Program-made: the position numbers and the translations under genes | Notes under the pieces: generated by a model | Databases searched by the model: none | The model's input: the letters and a program-made list of their open reading frames with translations, nothing else | Told to the model about the DNA's origin: nothing | Shown here: piece after piece, positions 1 to 8,776 of the stretch | Layout of the letters: every line of letters begins with the position of its first letter | Position numbering within the stretch: position 1 is the first letter of the stretch | From: Nitrospirota bacterium | Lineage (GTDB): Bacteria; Nitrospirota; Thermodesulfovibrionia; Thermodesulfovibrionales; SM23-35 | Assembly (NCBI GenBank): GCA_963796125.1 | Contig: CAWCKM010000047.1 | Location: 66,299-130,298 of the forward strand | DNA length: 64,000 nucleotides | Reading direction: 5' to 3'

Positions 1-72
1 GTTTTACTGATAGATATGTTATTAAATTTCAAAGATGTTAAGAGGTATTCAAGATTTTGGTTGTATTTTTTT

Positions 73-132
73 GTCATGCCGGCTTGTCCGGCATCCTTCT
101 TCAAAGAAAGATTCCCGACAAGCGGGAATGAC
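73..132 (+). repeat. Two-hairpin GTCAT...ATGAC palindromic element (MITE/REP-like), copy A
   Basis: The sequence gtcatGCCGGcttgtCCGGCatcc ... gattCCCGacaagCGGGaatgac has two local hairpins and terminal inverted GTCAT/ATGAC. It is near-identical to 31381-31448, and the homology continues to the ATG at 159. Confidence 0.8.
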
Positions 133-158
133 AGACAACCATTGGAATAGAGGTCGCC

Positions 159-896
159 ATGAATGAGGCACAAATCAAAGAGATTCTCAAGTCAATACAA
201 TCCGGCAAACTCAGCATAGATGTTGCACTGAGAAAATTAAAACACCTCCCCTATGAAGATCTCTCCTTTGCCAAGGTAGACCATCACAGGCATATCAGAC
301 AGGGAATTCCTGAAGTCATATTTGCGCAAGGGAAAAAAGTTGAGGAAGTTATTGCAATAGCGCGCTCACTGTATAAGAAAAGCAAAAAACTGTTAGTCAC
401 AAAAGCATCTCAGGAGATATATAGAAAAATAGGGATCAAAAAAGCTGTTTTCTATCCTGTATCAGGCGTGATATCAGCAGGAGGAGAAACAAAGAAAAAG
501 GGTCACATTCTGATTCTTTCAGCAGGGACATCTGATATCCCTGTTGCAGAGGAGGCATCTGTTACAGCATCATTTCTTGGAAGCAGGGTGGAGAGCATCT
601 ATGATGTTGGCGTGGCAGGAATTCACAGACTTCAGGAAGCCAGAAAGTCTATCGATTCAGCGCGGGTGCTTATTGTTGTTGCAGGGATGGAAGGCGCCCT
701 CCCATCAGTTGTTGGCGGCCTTACTGACAAGCCGGTTATTGCTGTTCCGACATCGATTGGTTATGGCACAAGCTTTAGCGGTCTCACTGCCCTCTTTGCA
801 ATGCTCAATTCCTGTGTGCCCGGTATTGCGGTGATGAATATAGACAATGGGTTCGGAGCCGGATGCATGGCACATAAGATAAATATTCTCGGTTGA
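159..896 (+). CDS. larB: Nickel-pincer cofactor biosynthesis protein LarB (PurE/AIR-carboxylase-like)
   Basis: 245-aa ORF with an N-terminal HLPYEDLSFAKVDHHR...GIPEVIFAQGK region and a C-terminal PurE-like fold (SAGTSDIPVAEE, VVAGMEGALPSVVGG) typical of LarB. Confidence 0.8.
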   Translation: MNEAQIKEILKSIQSGKLSIDVALRKLKHLPYEDLSFAKVDHHRHIRQGIPEVIFAQGKKVEEVIAIARSLYKKSKKLLVTKASQEIYRKIGIKKAVFYPVSGVISAGGETKKKGHILILSAGTSDIPVAEEASVTASFLGSRVESIYDVGVAGIHRLQEARKSIDSARVLIVVAGMEGALPSVVGGLTDKPVIAVPTSIGYGTSFSGLTALFAMLNSCVPGIAVMNIDNGFGAGCMAHKINILG

Positions 897-924
897 CATT
901 CCTTTGGAACCTTTACTATACTGA

Positions 925-1020
925 AATTGCCCCTGGGGGAGGCTGAAAGGCCTGAGAGGACGCAACGTCGACCCCTTGAACCTGATCCGGATTATGCCGG
1001 CGTAGGGAATGGGATAACGG
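925..1020 (+). promoter_or_regulatory. TPP (THI-box) riboswitch aptamer
   Basis: Conserved THI-box strings are present: ggggaggctgaaaggcCTGAGAgg ... aCCCcTTGAACCTGATCcGGaTtATGCCgGCGTAGGGAa. It lies directly upstream of the thiS-thiG-thiE-thiC-thiD genes. Confidence 0.85.
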
Positions 1021-1055
1021 ACCGTATCCTTCAGGGATGCGGTTTTTTTGTTTTT
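1021..1055 (+). terminator. Intrinsic terminator (probable riboswitch expression platform)
   Basis: Hairpin accgtatcc-ttca-gggatgcggt followed by tttttttgttttt, ending just before the thiS ATG at 1056. Confidence 0.6.
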
Positions 1056-1257
1056 ATGAGAATGATTGTTAATGGAGAAACTTTGGAGATGTCAAACGTG
1101 GAGACCCTTCAGGATCTCTTGAAGAAGCTCCAGGTTGATCCAGGGCGCGTTATTGTGGAAATAAACTTGTCTATTGTTAGAAAGTCCGAGTTCCCGACCT
1201 TTAAACTCCATGATGGGGATAAGGTTGAAATCGTGAATTTTGTTGGGAGGAGGATGA
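1056..1257 (+). pseudogene. thiS: Sulfur-carrier protein ThiS, C-terminus out of frame as sequenced
   Basis: MRMIVNGETLEM...LHDGDKVEIVNFVG is ThiS-like. In frame it continues GRRMKMM... until 1400. Skipping A1248 gives GGA GGA TGA, the canonical ...VGGG stop. Confidence 0.75.
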
Positions 1258-1264
1258 AGATGAT

Positions 1265-1390
1265 GGCAGGGGATCACTATGTCGCTCATTCTCGGGCTGA
1301 ATCGCCCTCCGAGGTTTTTGCCTCTTTATTTTTTAAAATATCCTATACGGACTATCGGCAAAAAAAGCCGCTCCATAATAATCCCCTGCC
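1265..1390. repeat. 125-nt element with terminal inverted repeats (ggcagggga...tcccctgcc), copy 1
   Basis: Shares the core tcgctcattctcgg..cctccgagg.ttttgcctc...tatcggcaaaa..ccgctc with 58755-58878. Its own termini are inverted repeats. Confidence 0.7.
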
Positions 1391-1418
1391 ATCAAGATAG
1401 AAAGAAGAAGGAGAAGGA

Positions 1419-2192
1419 ATGATGGATGATAAATTAATTATTAAAGGCATTGAATTTCAGTCAAGGCTCTGGGTGGGAACGGGTAAGTATAAAGACTTTG
1501 AGGAGACAAGGAGAGCTGTCGAGGCGTCAGGCACTGATGTGGTTACCGTTGCAGTAAGACGGGTAAATATCACAGACAGAAAATCAGAGAACCTGCTCGA
1601 TTACATTGATCCCAAGAAATACAAGATCCTGCCCAATACAGCAGGCTGTTATTCGGTAGAAGATGCACTCCGGTATTCAAGGCTTGCGCGGGAGGCTGGC
1701 ATTTCTGATCTTATCAAGCTTGAGGTGATCGGGGACGAAAAGACACTTTTCCCTGATGTTTGCGGGTTGTTGAAGGCAACAGAGATTCTTGCAAAGGAGG
1801 GTTTTATTGTCCTTCCTTATAGCAACGACGACCCTGTAACAGCAAAGAGGCTTGTTGATGCCGGTGCTGCTGCAGTGATGCCCCTCGGTGCACCTATTGG
1901 CTCCGGTCTTGGAATAAGGAATCCCTATAACATAAAAATTATCCTTGACACCGTCAATATTCCTGTTATTGTTGATGCTGGCGTGGGAACTGCATCCGAT
2001 GCTACCATTGCGATGGAACTCGGCTGCGATGCTGTTCTTATTAACACTGGGATAGCAGGCGCTCAAGACCCTATTGCAATGGCAGAGGCAATGAAATATG
2101 CTGTTATTGCAGGAAGGTTGGCATATAAGTCGGGAAGAATCCCTAAAAAACTCTATGCGACTGCAAGCAGTCCGATAGAGGGAATGCTGTGA
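1419..2192 (+). CDS. thiG: Thiazole synthase ThiG
   Basis: 257 aa; the strings [34 protein letters not shown] and [12 protein letters not shown] are typical of ThiG. Confidence 0.95.
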   Translation: MMDDKLIIKGIEFQSRLWVGTGKYKDFEETRRAVEASGTDVVTVAVRRVNITDRKSENLLDYIDPKKYKILPNTAGCYSVEDALRYSRLAREAGISDLIKLEVIGDEKTLFPDVCGLLKATEILAKEGFIVLPYSNDDPVTAKRLVDAGAAAVMPLGAPIGSGLGIRNPYNIKIILDTVNIPVIVDAGVGTASDATIAMELGCDAVLINTGIAGAQDPIAMAEAMKYAVIAGRLAYKSGRIPKKLYATASSPIEGML

Positions 2193-2893
2193 AGACAGTC
2201 AACAGTCAACAGTCATCAGTCATCAGTCAAAGCAGAGAGCGAAGAGCGAAGAGCAAAGAGCAAAAGATAACGGCTGTTGACTTTAATCTTTATTTAATAA
2301 CTGACCGGAGACTATTTACTGATCATTTTTCACTATTCACTGCTGTTGAGGAGGCTCTGAAGGGCGGGTTAGAGGCGGTGCAACTGCGAGAGAAGGATTT
2401 AGGGACAAGGGATTTACTGGACATGGCTTATAAGATGAGAGATTTAACGAAGATGTATAAAGCAGAACTTTTCATTAATGACAGGGTTGATATTGCGCTT
2501 GCTGTTGAAGCAGATGGTGTTCATCTCGGGAGAGAGAGTATACCCGCTTCTGCAGTGCGAAAAACTTTTCAGAATAAACTCAAAATTGCTGTATCAACTC
2601 ATACCCTTGACGAGGCTCTTGAGGCAGAGAGGGGAGGTGCTGATTTTATCACTCTCGGCCCTGTCTATCATACTCCCTCTAAAATAAAATATGGAGAGCC
2701 AGTTGGTATTGAGACCCTGAGAAACATAAAGGCTAAAATCTCGATCCCCGTTTTTGCTATAGGGGGAATGAAATTAGATAACGTTGCAGAGGTGAAAGAG
2801 GCAGGTGCCTACGGTGTAGCATTGATCTCTGCAATTCTCACAGCAGAGCATGTCAAAGAAACAACAGAAGAATTTTTGAGGTTACTGAAATGA
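2189..2893 (+). CDS. thiE: Thiamine-phosphate synthase ThiE with a repeat-encoded N-terminal extension
   Basis: The body (LYLITDR..., [22 protein letters not shown]) is ThiE. Its GTG start overlaps the thiG stop (GTGA). The first ~30 codons are encoded by a heptamer array. Confidence 0.85.
   Translation: MKTVNSQQSSVISQSRERRAKSKEQKITAVDFNLYLITDRRLFTDHFSLFTAVEEALKGGLEAVQLREKDLGTRDLLDMAYKMRDLTKMYKAELFINDRVDIALAVEADGVHLGRESIPASAVRKTFQNKLKIAVSTHTLDEALEAERGGADFITLGPVYHTPSKIKYGEPVGIETLRNIKAKISIPVFAIGGMKLDNVAEVKEAGAYGVALISAILTAEHVKETTEEFLRLLK
2196..2265 (+). repeat. Heptanucleotide tandem array (cagtcaa x5 variants, then agcgaag/agcaaag x5)
   Basis: Ten consecutive 7-nt units are read directly from the sequence. 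Confidence 0.9.
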
Positions 2894-4176
2894 CGAGAAT
2901 AGAATCGGCGAAAAGAGGAATCATTACAGAAGAGGTAAGGGCTGTTGCCCTCTCTGAGAATATATCACCCGAAAGGCTTGCTTCTGATATTGCAGAGGGA
3001 GTAACGGTAATCCCTATGAACGGCAGGCGCAGTATAAAGCCAATAGGCATAGGGAAAGGGCTGAAGACAAAGGTAAACGCGAATATAGGGACTTCGAAAG
3101 ACAGGGTTTCGCTTGATGAAGAAAAGGAGAAGCTTGATGTTCTTATTCAATACGGCGCTGACGCTGTTATGGACCTCTCAACAGGCGGGCCGATAAAAGA
3201 ACTGAGGCGATTACTCTTAGACAGAGCTACTGTTTCAGTCGGGACAGTTCCTGTCTATGAGGCTGCCATCAAGGGTGTAGAGACTCATGGCACAATAGCA
3301 AAGATGACCTCTGATGACCTCTTTGATGTTATAGAAGATCACGCAGAGGAAGGAGTCGACTTTGTTACTGTTCACTGTGGTCTGACGAGGAGAGCTGTTG
3401 AAAGATTACAGGGAGAAGGGAGAATCCTTGACATTGTAAGCCGCGGTGGCTCGTTTCTTCTCGAATGGATGATTTACAATGACAGAGAAAACCCTCTTTA
3501 TGAACATTTTGACAGGCTCCTTGAGATTGCAAAAAGATATGATCTGACCCTGAGTCTCGGGGACGGGCTTCGTCCTGGCTGTCTTGAGGACGCAACTGAC
3601 AGGAGCCAGCTCGAAGAACTCCTCACCATCGGAGAATTGAGAGACAAGGCTTTGGCTGAAGGGGTGCAGGTAATCATTGAAGGACCGGGTCATGTGCCTA
3701 TAAACCAGGTCGAGTTGAATATAAAGATCCAGAAAGAGATCTGCAAAGGGGCGCCTTTTTATGTTCTGGGTCCCCTCGTAACAGATATAGCAATGGGATA
3801 TGATCATATTGCAGCAGCTATCGGTGGTGCTATTGCAGGTGCTGCAGGCGCTGATTTCCTCTGTTATGTTACACCAGCGGAACATATCAGACTTCCCAAT
3901 ATCGAGGATGTGAAGGAAGGCCTCATTGCTTCCAGGATTGCCGCCCATGCAGCAGATATCGCAAAGGGTGTACCGGGTGCTATAGAGCTTGACAGGAAGA
4001 TGGCACATTACAGAAAGACCCTTGACTGGAATGGTCAGATTTCCCTGAGCCTTGATCCTGAAAAGGTGCGCAAGTGGCGTGCAGAGGTCCCTCCTTCGGA
4101 GAGTGAAGTCTGTTCGATGTGCGGGGAGTTCTGTGCGATACGAATTGTTGAGAAGGCGCTGAAGAAAAGGAATTGA
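2890..4176 (+). CDS. thiC: Phosphomethylpyrimidine synthase ThiC
   Basis: 428 aa with conserved ThiC blocks (TVHCGLT, GDGLRPG, EGPGHVP) and the C-terminal CSMCGEFCA cluster motif. Confidence 0.95.
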   Translation: MTRIESAKRGIITEEVRAVALSENISPERLASDIAEGVTVIPMNGRRSIKPIGIGKGLKTKVNANIGTSKDRVSLDEEKEKLDVLIQYGADAVMDLSTGGPIKELRRLLLDRATVSVGTVPVYEAAIKGVETHGTIAKMTSDDLFDVIEDHAEEGVDFVTVHCGLTRRAVERLQGEGRILDIVSRGGSFLLEWMIYNDRENPLYEHFDRLLEIAKRYDLTLSLGDGLRPGCLEDATDRSQLEELLTIGELRDKALAEGVQVIIEGPGHVPINQVELNIKIQKEICKGAPFYVLGPLVTDIAMGYDHIAAAIGGAIAGAAGADFLCYVTPAEHIRLPNIEDVKEGLIASRIAAHAADIAKGVPGAIELDRKMAHYRKTLDWNGQISLSLDPEKVRKWRAEVPPSESEVCSMCGEFCAIRIVEKALKKRN

Positions 4177-4934
4177 AAACAGCCTTACCAATAGCCGGTT
4201 CTGATCCAACAGGAGGTGCAGGGCTTCAGGCAGACCTGAAGGTCTTCAGGGCTTTCGGGGTACACGGCCTCTCTGTTGTATCTGCTATTACAGCACAGAA
4301 TACAGTAGCTGTCGAGTCTGTCCTTCCTGTCGAGAAAGATTTTTTCGGACAACAGCTCCATACCCTTTTATCTGATATCAGACCTGATGCAATGAAAGTA
4401 GGAATGCTCTACAGTGAATGGGCTGTTGATCTTATTGCAGAGGTAATAAAAGAATATTCGCTGCACAACCTCGTCATCGATCCTGTCACCGTTTCTTCAT
4501 CCGGTAAAGCCCTTGTTGCAGACGGAACCTTAGATGCAATAAAAGAAAAACTTTTTCCTCTCGCAAAGATAATTACTCCAAATATCTATGAGGCATCTGT
4601 TCTTACAGGTCTCAGGATCGAAGAGAGGAAGGATATGGAAGAAGCTGCTAAAATTCTGAAGGATATGGGCACTGAAGTTGTGGTAATAACCGGGGGGCAC
4701 CTTGAAGCAATTGCGCTTGATGTATATTATGACGGAGAGTTTCATGATGTTGAAAGTGAAAAGGTGGAGGGTGAATATCATGGCACAGGATGTGCGTTTT
4801 CTGCTGCCATTACAGCATCAATTGCCCTTGGCCACATTCCCCTCGAATCCGTAAGAGAGGCAAAGGAGTTTATCAGTAGGGCGATACGAAAGGCTTATCA
4901 CCCTGGAAAAGGGATGGGACTGCTTTATTTGTAG
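4173..4934 (+). CDS. thiD: Hydroxymethylpyrimidine/phosphomethylpyrimidine kinase ThiD
   Basis: IAGSDPTGGAGLQADLKVF, DPV, and GTGCAFSAAI near the C-terminus. Confidence 0.9.
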   Translation: MKTALPIAGSDPTGGAGLQADLKVFRAFGVHGLSVVSAITAQNTVAVESVLPVEKDFFGQQLHTLLSDIRPDAMKVGMLYSEWAVDLIAEVIKEYSLHNLVIDPVTVSSSGKALVADGTLDAIKEKLFPLAKIITPNIYEASVLTGLRIEERKDMEEAAKILKDMGTEVVVITGGHLEAIALDVYYDGEFHDVESEKVEGEYHGTGCAFSAAITASIALGHIPLESVREAKEFISRAIRKAYHPGKGMGLLYL

Positions 4935-4954
4935 AGGAGTAAATTCAAAAAGCG

Positions 4955-5620
4955 TTGAAAATAATCTTATGTGAAAATGGCCGGAGCATCTTGCTTCGGC
5001 TCAGCCTTTTCATTTTATTTCTTTTACTTGCAATCAGTTGTGATAAACCCCAGGTGACGAGTGAGGAGTCTGGTGAGATTGATGTTTCACAGGAACCCGT
5101 GCAGGTTCAATATGATTCAGACGAACCTATCATTATCAAAATAAACGATAAAAGTGAGTTTATCATCACTCCCATGGCAGAGTACAAGATTTCCGCTATT
5201 CTGGTAAACAGGAAGTCCTATCATGATGGATGGCGTTCGGAGGTTGCGCCTGTTGATATTGCGCTTGCCTGGGGGAGACTGGCAGAACCGGACTATGATA
5301 AATATATCTCTTACAGTCAGCGTGACAGGTGGTATTTTTATGAAAATGAAGCAGGAAGTCCGTTCAACAGTTCCTTTGTCATAAGCCATTCTGCAAATAA
5401 CCATATCATTCCAGCCGATGAAAATATTCTCAGGGCAATTAAGACAATTAAAAAGAAGGAAAAGATTCTCCTCGAAGGTTTTCTTGTGAATGTAAAAGGA
5501 CGCCATAAAGGAGACGCTTTCTGGTGGAACAGCAGCTTGAAACGCACCGACACCGGCGACGGTTCATGCGAGGTTTTTTATGTCAAGAGAGTCAGGATCG
5601 GTACAAAGGTTTATGAATAA
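4955..5620 (+). CDS. Hypothetical lipoprotein
   Basis: Signal peptide with a lipobox (LLLAISC). No family recognised. Confidence 0.5.
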   Translation: MKIILCENGRSILLRLSLFILFLLLAISCDKPQVTSEESGEIDVSQEPVQVQYDSDEPIIIKINDKSEFIITPMAEYKISAILVNRKSYHDGWRSEVAPVDIALAWGRLAEPDYDKYISYSQRDRWYFYENEAGSPFNSSFVISHSANNHIIPADENILRAIKTIKKKEKILLEGFLVNVKGRHKGDAFWWNSSLKRTDTGDGSCEVFYVKRVRIGTKVYE

Positions 5621-7011
5621 GGCATTTCCAAAAGCAAGGGATCTCTGCGTTCTCCTAAGGAATTAAGATAGTCCCTGGCTTCATCAAGTGCTCTCCTTAC
5701 GGCCTTCTTCCCGTATAGTCCGATTGCAACATGGAAGAAATCAAGATGGGTGAGGTGCTTGAAAATATATTTCCATGAATAAAATCGTCCCATTGCCTTG
5801 AGACTTTCGATATGAAGAGTCTGTGGGCTCATGAGAGAAGGTTCAAAGACGATATGATGGCCGTCATATTTGCTCCAGTCAATGTGGAGAAGCCTGCCTG
5901 ATTCTTTCATTTCATTAAAGAACGGTGTGCCCGGCAAAGGAGTAAGCATCAGAAATTGTATTGTATCAATGCCATGGGTTATGGCAAAGTCCGTTGTTTT
6001 TTTGAGGGTTTCTACCGTATCAGTGTCAGCGCCAAATACAAACATCCCATGAATTTCTATTCCATGGTCTCTGACCGTTCTGATACAGTGTATGATCTCC
6101 TCAAGGTTCTGTTTCTTGTTATATGCCTCGAGAGTTTTCGGGTTCACTGATTCAAAACCGATGTGAACGGTATCACAGCCTGCATCTGCCATAAGGCGTA
6201 ACAGTTCTTCGTCCTTAGCCACGTCTGTCCTCACCTGAGCAGACCACTTAAAACTAATGCGCTCAGCGATCATCGCACGGAGCAACTCCTTTGTCCGCTC
6301 CTTGTTTGCGGTAAAATTGTCGTCAACAAAAAACTTGTTGCCCTTTGAGAAAGAGTGGATGTGTTTTAATTCCTTCATCAGGATTTCAACAGACTTAAAC
6401 CGGTATTTTCTTCCAAACATCTGGATCACAGAGCAGAACTTGCAGTTAAAGGGGCATCCTCTTGATGTAGAAATGGGATAGATATTAGAGGGTTTCCACT
6501 GCTGAACGAGATGAAAATCAGGCAAAGGAAGTATATCAAGGTCTTCGATGAGAGGCCTCGGTGGATTATTGATAAGACCGCTGCCATTATTTCTGTAACT
6601 GAGGCCCTTTATTGAGGTAATGCCAGGAGTCCCTTTCTCAAGATAACCAACGAGTTCGGGCAGTGTCACATCTCCCTCTCCACGAACTACATAATCAGCA
6701 TGTTTCATTGCTTCTTCCGGAAGGAAGGAAGGATGAGCGCCTCCCATAACAACGGGAATCCCTTTTTTCCTGCATCTGTCTGCAATTCTATAGGCCCTCC
6801 TGGAAGTAGAGGTAATGGTAGAGATGCAGACGATATCAGAGTTTTCAATATAGGACCAGTCAGGGGCAGCAATATCTTCGATGAATGCCTTTACTTCGTG
6901 GCCGCGTTCTTTCAACATAGTAGAAAGCAGGACTGCGCCAAGCCTCGGAATCGGAAACTTGCTAAAAATATTGGCAGCGGGTGATTTTGCTTCGATAAAC
7001 GAGATTCTCAT
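5611..7011 (-). CDS. B12-binding-domain radical SAM protein
   Basis: N-terminal cobalamin-binding-like domain plus the CPFNCKFCS (CxxxCxxC) radical SAM motif; 466 aa. Confidence 0.8.
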   Translation of the reverse strand: MRISFIEAKSPAANIFSKFPIPRLGAVLLSTMLKERGHEVKAFIEDIAAPDWSYIENSDIVCISTITSTSRRAYRIADRCRKKGIPVVMGGAHPSFLPEEAMKHADYVVRGEGDVTLPELVGYLEKGTPGITSIKGLSYRNNGSGLINNPPRPLIEDLDILPLPDFHLVQQWKPSNIYPISTSRGCPFNCKFCSVIQMFGRKYRFKSVEILMKELKHIHSFSKGNKFFVDDNFTANKERTKELLRAMIAERISFKWSAQVRTDVAKDEELLRLMADAGCDTVHIGFESVNPKTLEAYNKKQNLEEIIHCIRTVRDHGIEIHGMFVFGADTDTVETLKKTTDFAITHGIDTIQFLMLTPLPGTPFFNEMKESGRLLHIDWSKYDGHHIVFEPSLMSPQTLHIESLKAMGRFYSWKYIFKHLTHLDFFHVAIGLYGKKAVRRALDEARDYLNSLGERRDPLLLEMPYS

Positions 7012-7232
7012 GCTTCTCCTTGATTAATAAAGGTTATTAAAAGATGTATCCTTTTTGGTGAGGAAGGAATAAAACTCCATGTCTAACAACTATAACATAA
7101 AAATGCATGTTTTAGGAGATAATTATTACATCTTTCATTGATTTGACTTCTGCCATTTCGTTCAGGTATGTTCACTATGGATTTTTCAACTCGCTGAAAA
7201 ATCTTATATTTATAAAGGAAAAATAACAACGT

Positions 7233-8705
7233 ATGCAAACCTATCCTGAATTTATTCCTGTAACTATAGACAAGAGCCATATTATCACCATAGGCGAGAG
7301 GATGTATGCCGAAAGCATCGAGTTTGTGAGAGAACTGGTGAATAATTCCTATGACGCTGATGCAAGTCTGGTTGAGGTTATTGTTGAAGAAGATACCATT
7401 GAAATAAGGGACAATGGAGCCGGTATGGACATTGAAGGGCTTAAACAATATTTCAATATCGGCTCACAACAGAAGCTTTATTCTCCAAAGTCTCCGATAT
7501 ACAACAGGGACAGGATCGGACAATTCGGCATAGGAAAGTTTGCAACCCTTTCTGCATGCAAGCGTTTTGAAGTCATTACAAGGAAAGATGGTTTTGTCGG
7601 AAGGGTTATCTTTGATAAGGAGCAATGGGAAAAGGCAGGGGATATATGGCAACTTCCTCTTGAGATACTCGCTGCAGATTTCAGAAAACAGAATGGCACA
7701 ACCGTCATATTGACAGGATTAGACAGAAGGTTTGATCCGAAAGACATAGAGGCAAAAATAATTGAAGGTACACCTATTAAGGCTCCCCATTTCAGAGTAA
7801 AAATAAATAATCATACTGTTACCCCGCGAAGCCTCACAGGTCACAGACTTCCATTTCTTGAAGGAACGTCCTTTGGCCCTGTAGCAGGAGAGATAATAAT
7901 CCTTTCTGAGACTGCTTCCATCGCCTCAGATCTCGGAATTGAAGTAAAGGTAAAACAAGTAACTATAAGAAGGGAGCTCTTCGGTATGGAAACATGGGGG
8001 AAGGCGATGGCAAGGGTCAGGGGTGAAGTGAATGCTGACTTCCTTCCTATAACGAGCGACAGGACTGGTTTTATAAGGGATTCCGATGAATATCGGGAAT
8101 TCCTCAAGGTTATGGAAAAGGTAATGGAGGGCGTAAAGGTATCTCTTCAGAAATTGACTATGAAGAAAGAAAGCAAAAAAGTCAGTCGTGCACTGAAAGA
8201 GGCACTTCAGAGGATATACAAGGCACTGGCAGTAAATCCTGATTTGTCACCTTTTGGTGCGATTCCCATTGGAGATGAGACAAGAGGCATAGGCAGTGCT
8301 GCTGAAATCTCTCAGAAAAAAGAAGAGGTCAGGGAATCAGAGGTCAAAGGAGAAGAAAAACCAAAAGCACCTGAGAAAAAGAGGAAAAAGAAACCAAAGG
8401 TAAAAAGGCTAACTCCTAATGCCATTATCAAAAAGATAAAATTTGGTGAAACAGGCGTCTCATGTGTTGTAGACAGCTTTGGAGAAGACGGTCCTGAGGT
8501 CTTCTCTGAAGAGACAACCATTTATTTAAACCGTGACCATCCCCTTTATAAAAGAGAATCTGCAAAGGTTGATACCCATGTACTAAACCTTGCAAGGCTT
8601 ATTACTCAGGAAATTTCCCTCATGAAAGACCCCCGAAATCCAAGACAGGCATTTGAGAGACAGAGCAAGCTTCTCAGGGATGCGTTTATTGAGAGAAGTG
8701 GTTGA
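7233..8705 (+). CDS. GHKL/HSP90-like ATPase domain protein (MORC-like) with a Lys-rich linker
   Basis: Bergerat-fold boxes are present: ELVNNSYDADA (N box), IRDNGAGM (G1), GQFGIGKFA (G2). There is a C-terminal KKEEVRESEVKGEEKPKAPEKKRKKKPKVK tract. Confidence 0.75.
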   Translation: MQTYPEFIPVTIDKSHIITIGERMYAESIEFVRELVNNSYDADASLVEVIVEEDTIEIRDNGAGMDIEGLKQYFNIGSQQKLYSPKSPIYNRDRIGQFGIGKFATLSACKRFEVITRKDGFVGRVIFDKEQWEKAGDIWQLPLEILAADFRKQNGTTVILTGLDRRFDPKDIEAKIIEGTPIKAPHFRVKINNHTVTPRSLTGHRLPFLEGTSFGPVAGEIIILSETASIASDLGIEVKVKQVTIRRELFGMETWGKAMARVRGEVNADFLPITSDRTGFIRDSDEYREFLKVMEKVMEGVKVSLQKLTMKKESKKVSRALKEALQRIYKALAVNPDLSPFGAIPIGDETRGIGSAAEISQKKEEVRESEVKGEEKPKAPEKKRKKKPKVKRLTPNAIIKKIKFGETGVSCVVDSFGEDGPEVFSEETTIYLNRDHPLYKRESAKVDTHVLNLARLITQEISLMKDPRNPRQAFERQSKLLRDAFIERSG

Positions 8706-8776
8706 TATTTTTTACCATAGAAGAAGCGAGAAGTGTCGTATTTCAGTCTTTTATTTGTACCACTTCTTCTACTGCG

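Noticed and set aside
927-1400. A 157-aa ORF in the supplied track
   Set aside because: It is a composite. Its first ~43 codons run through the TPP riboswitch and terminator, the middle is thiS, and the tail is read-through into a repeat element caused by a single-base frame problem.
2196-2265. Heptamer arrays considered as a possible CRISPR array
   Set aside because: The unit length is 7 nt with no spacers, there are no cas genes, and the arrays are 20-90 nt long. These are simple tandem repeats.
3406-4209. Long antisense ORFs inside conserved genes (for example 3406-4209, 13308-13736, 29232-29795, 41908-42516, 42580-42993, 59241-59738 and 58880-59200)
   Set aside because: These are shadow ORFs opposite strongly conserved genes (thiC, radA, accD, trpD, cysK, csaA). 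Their composition is low-complexity or odd and they match no recognisable family.
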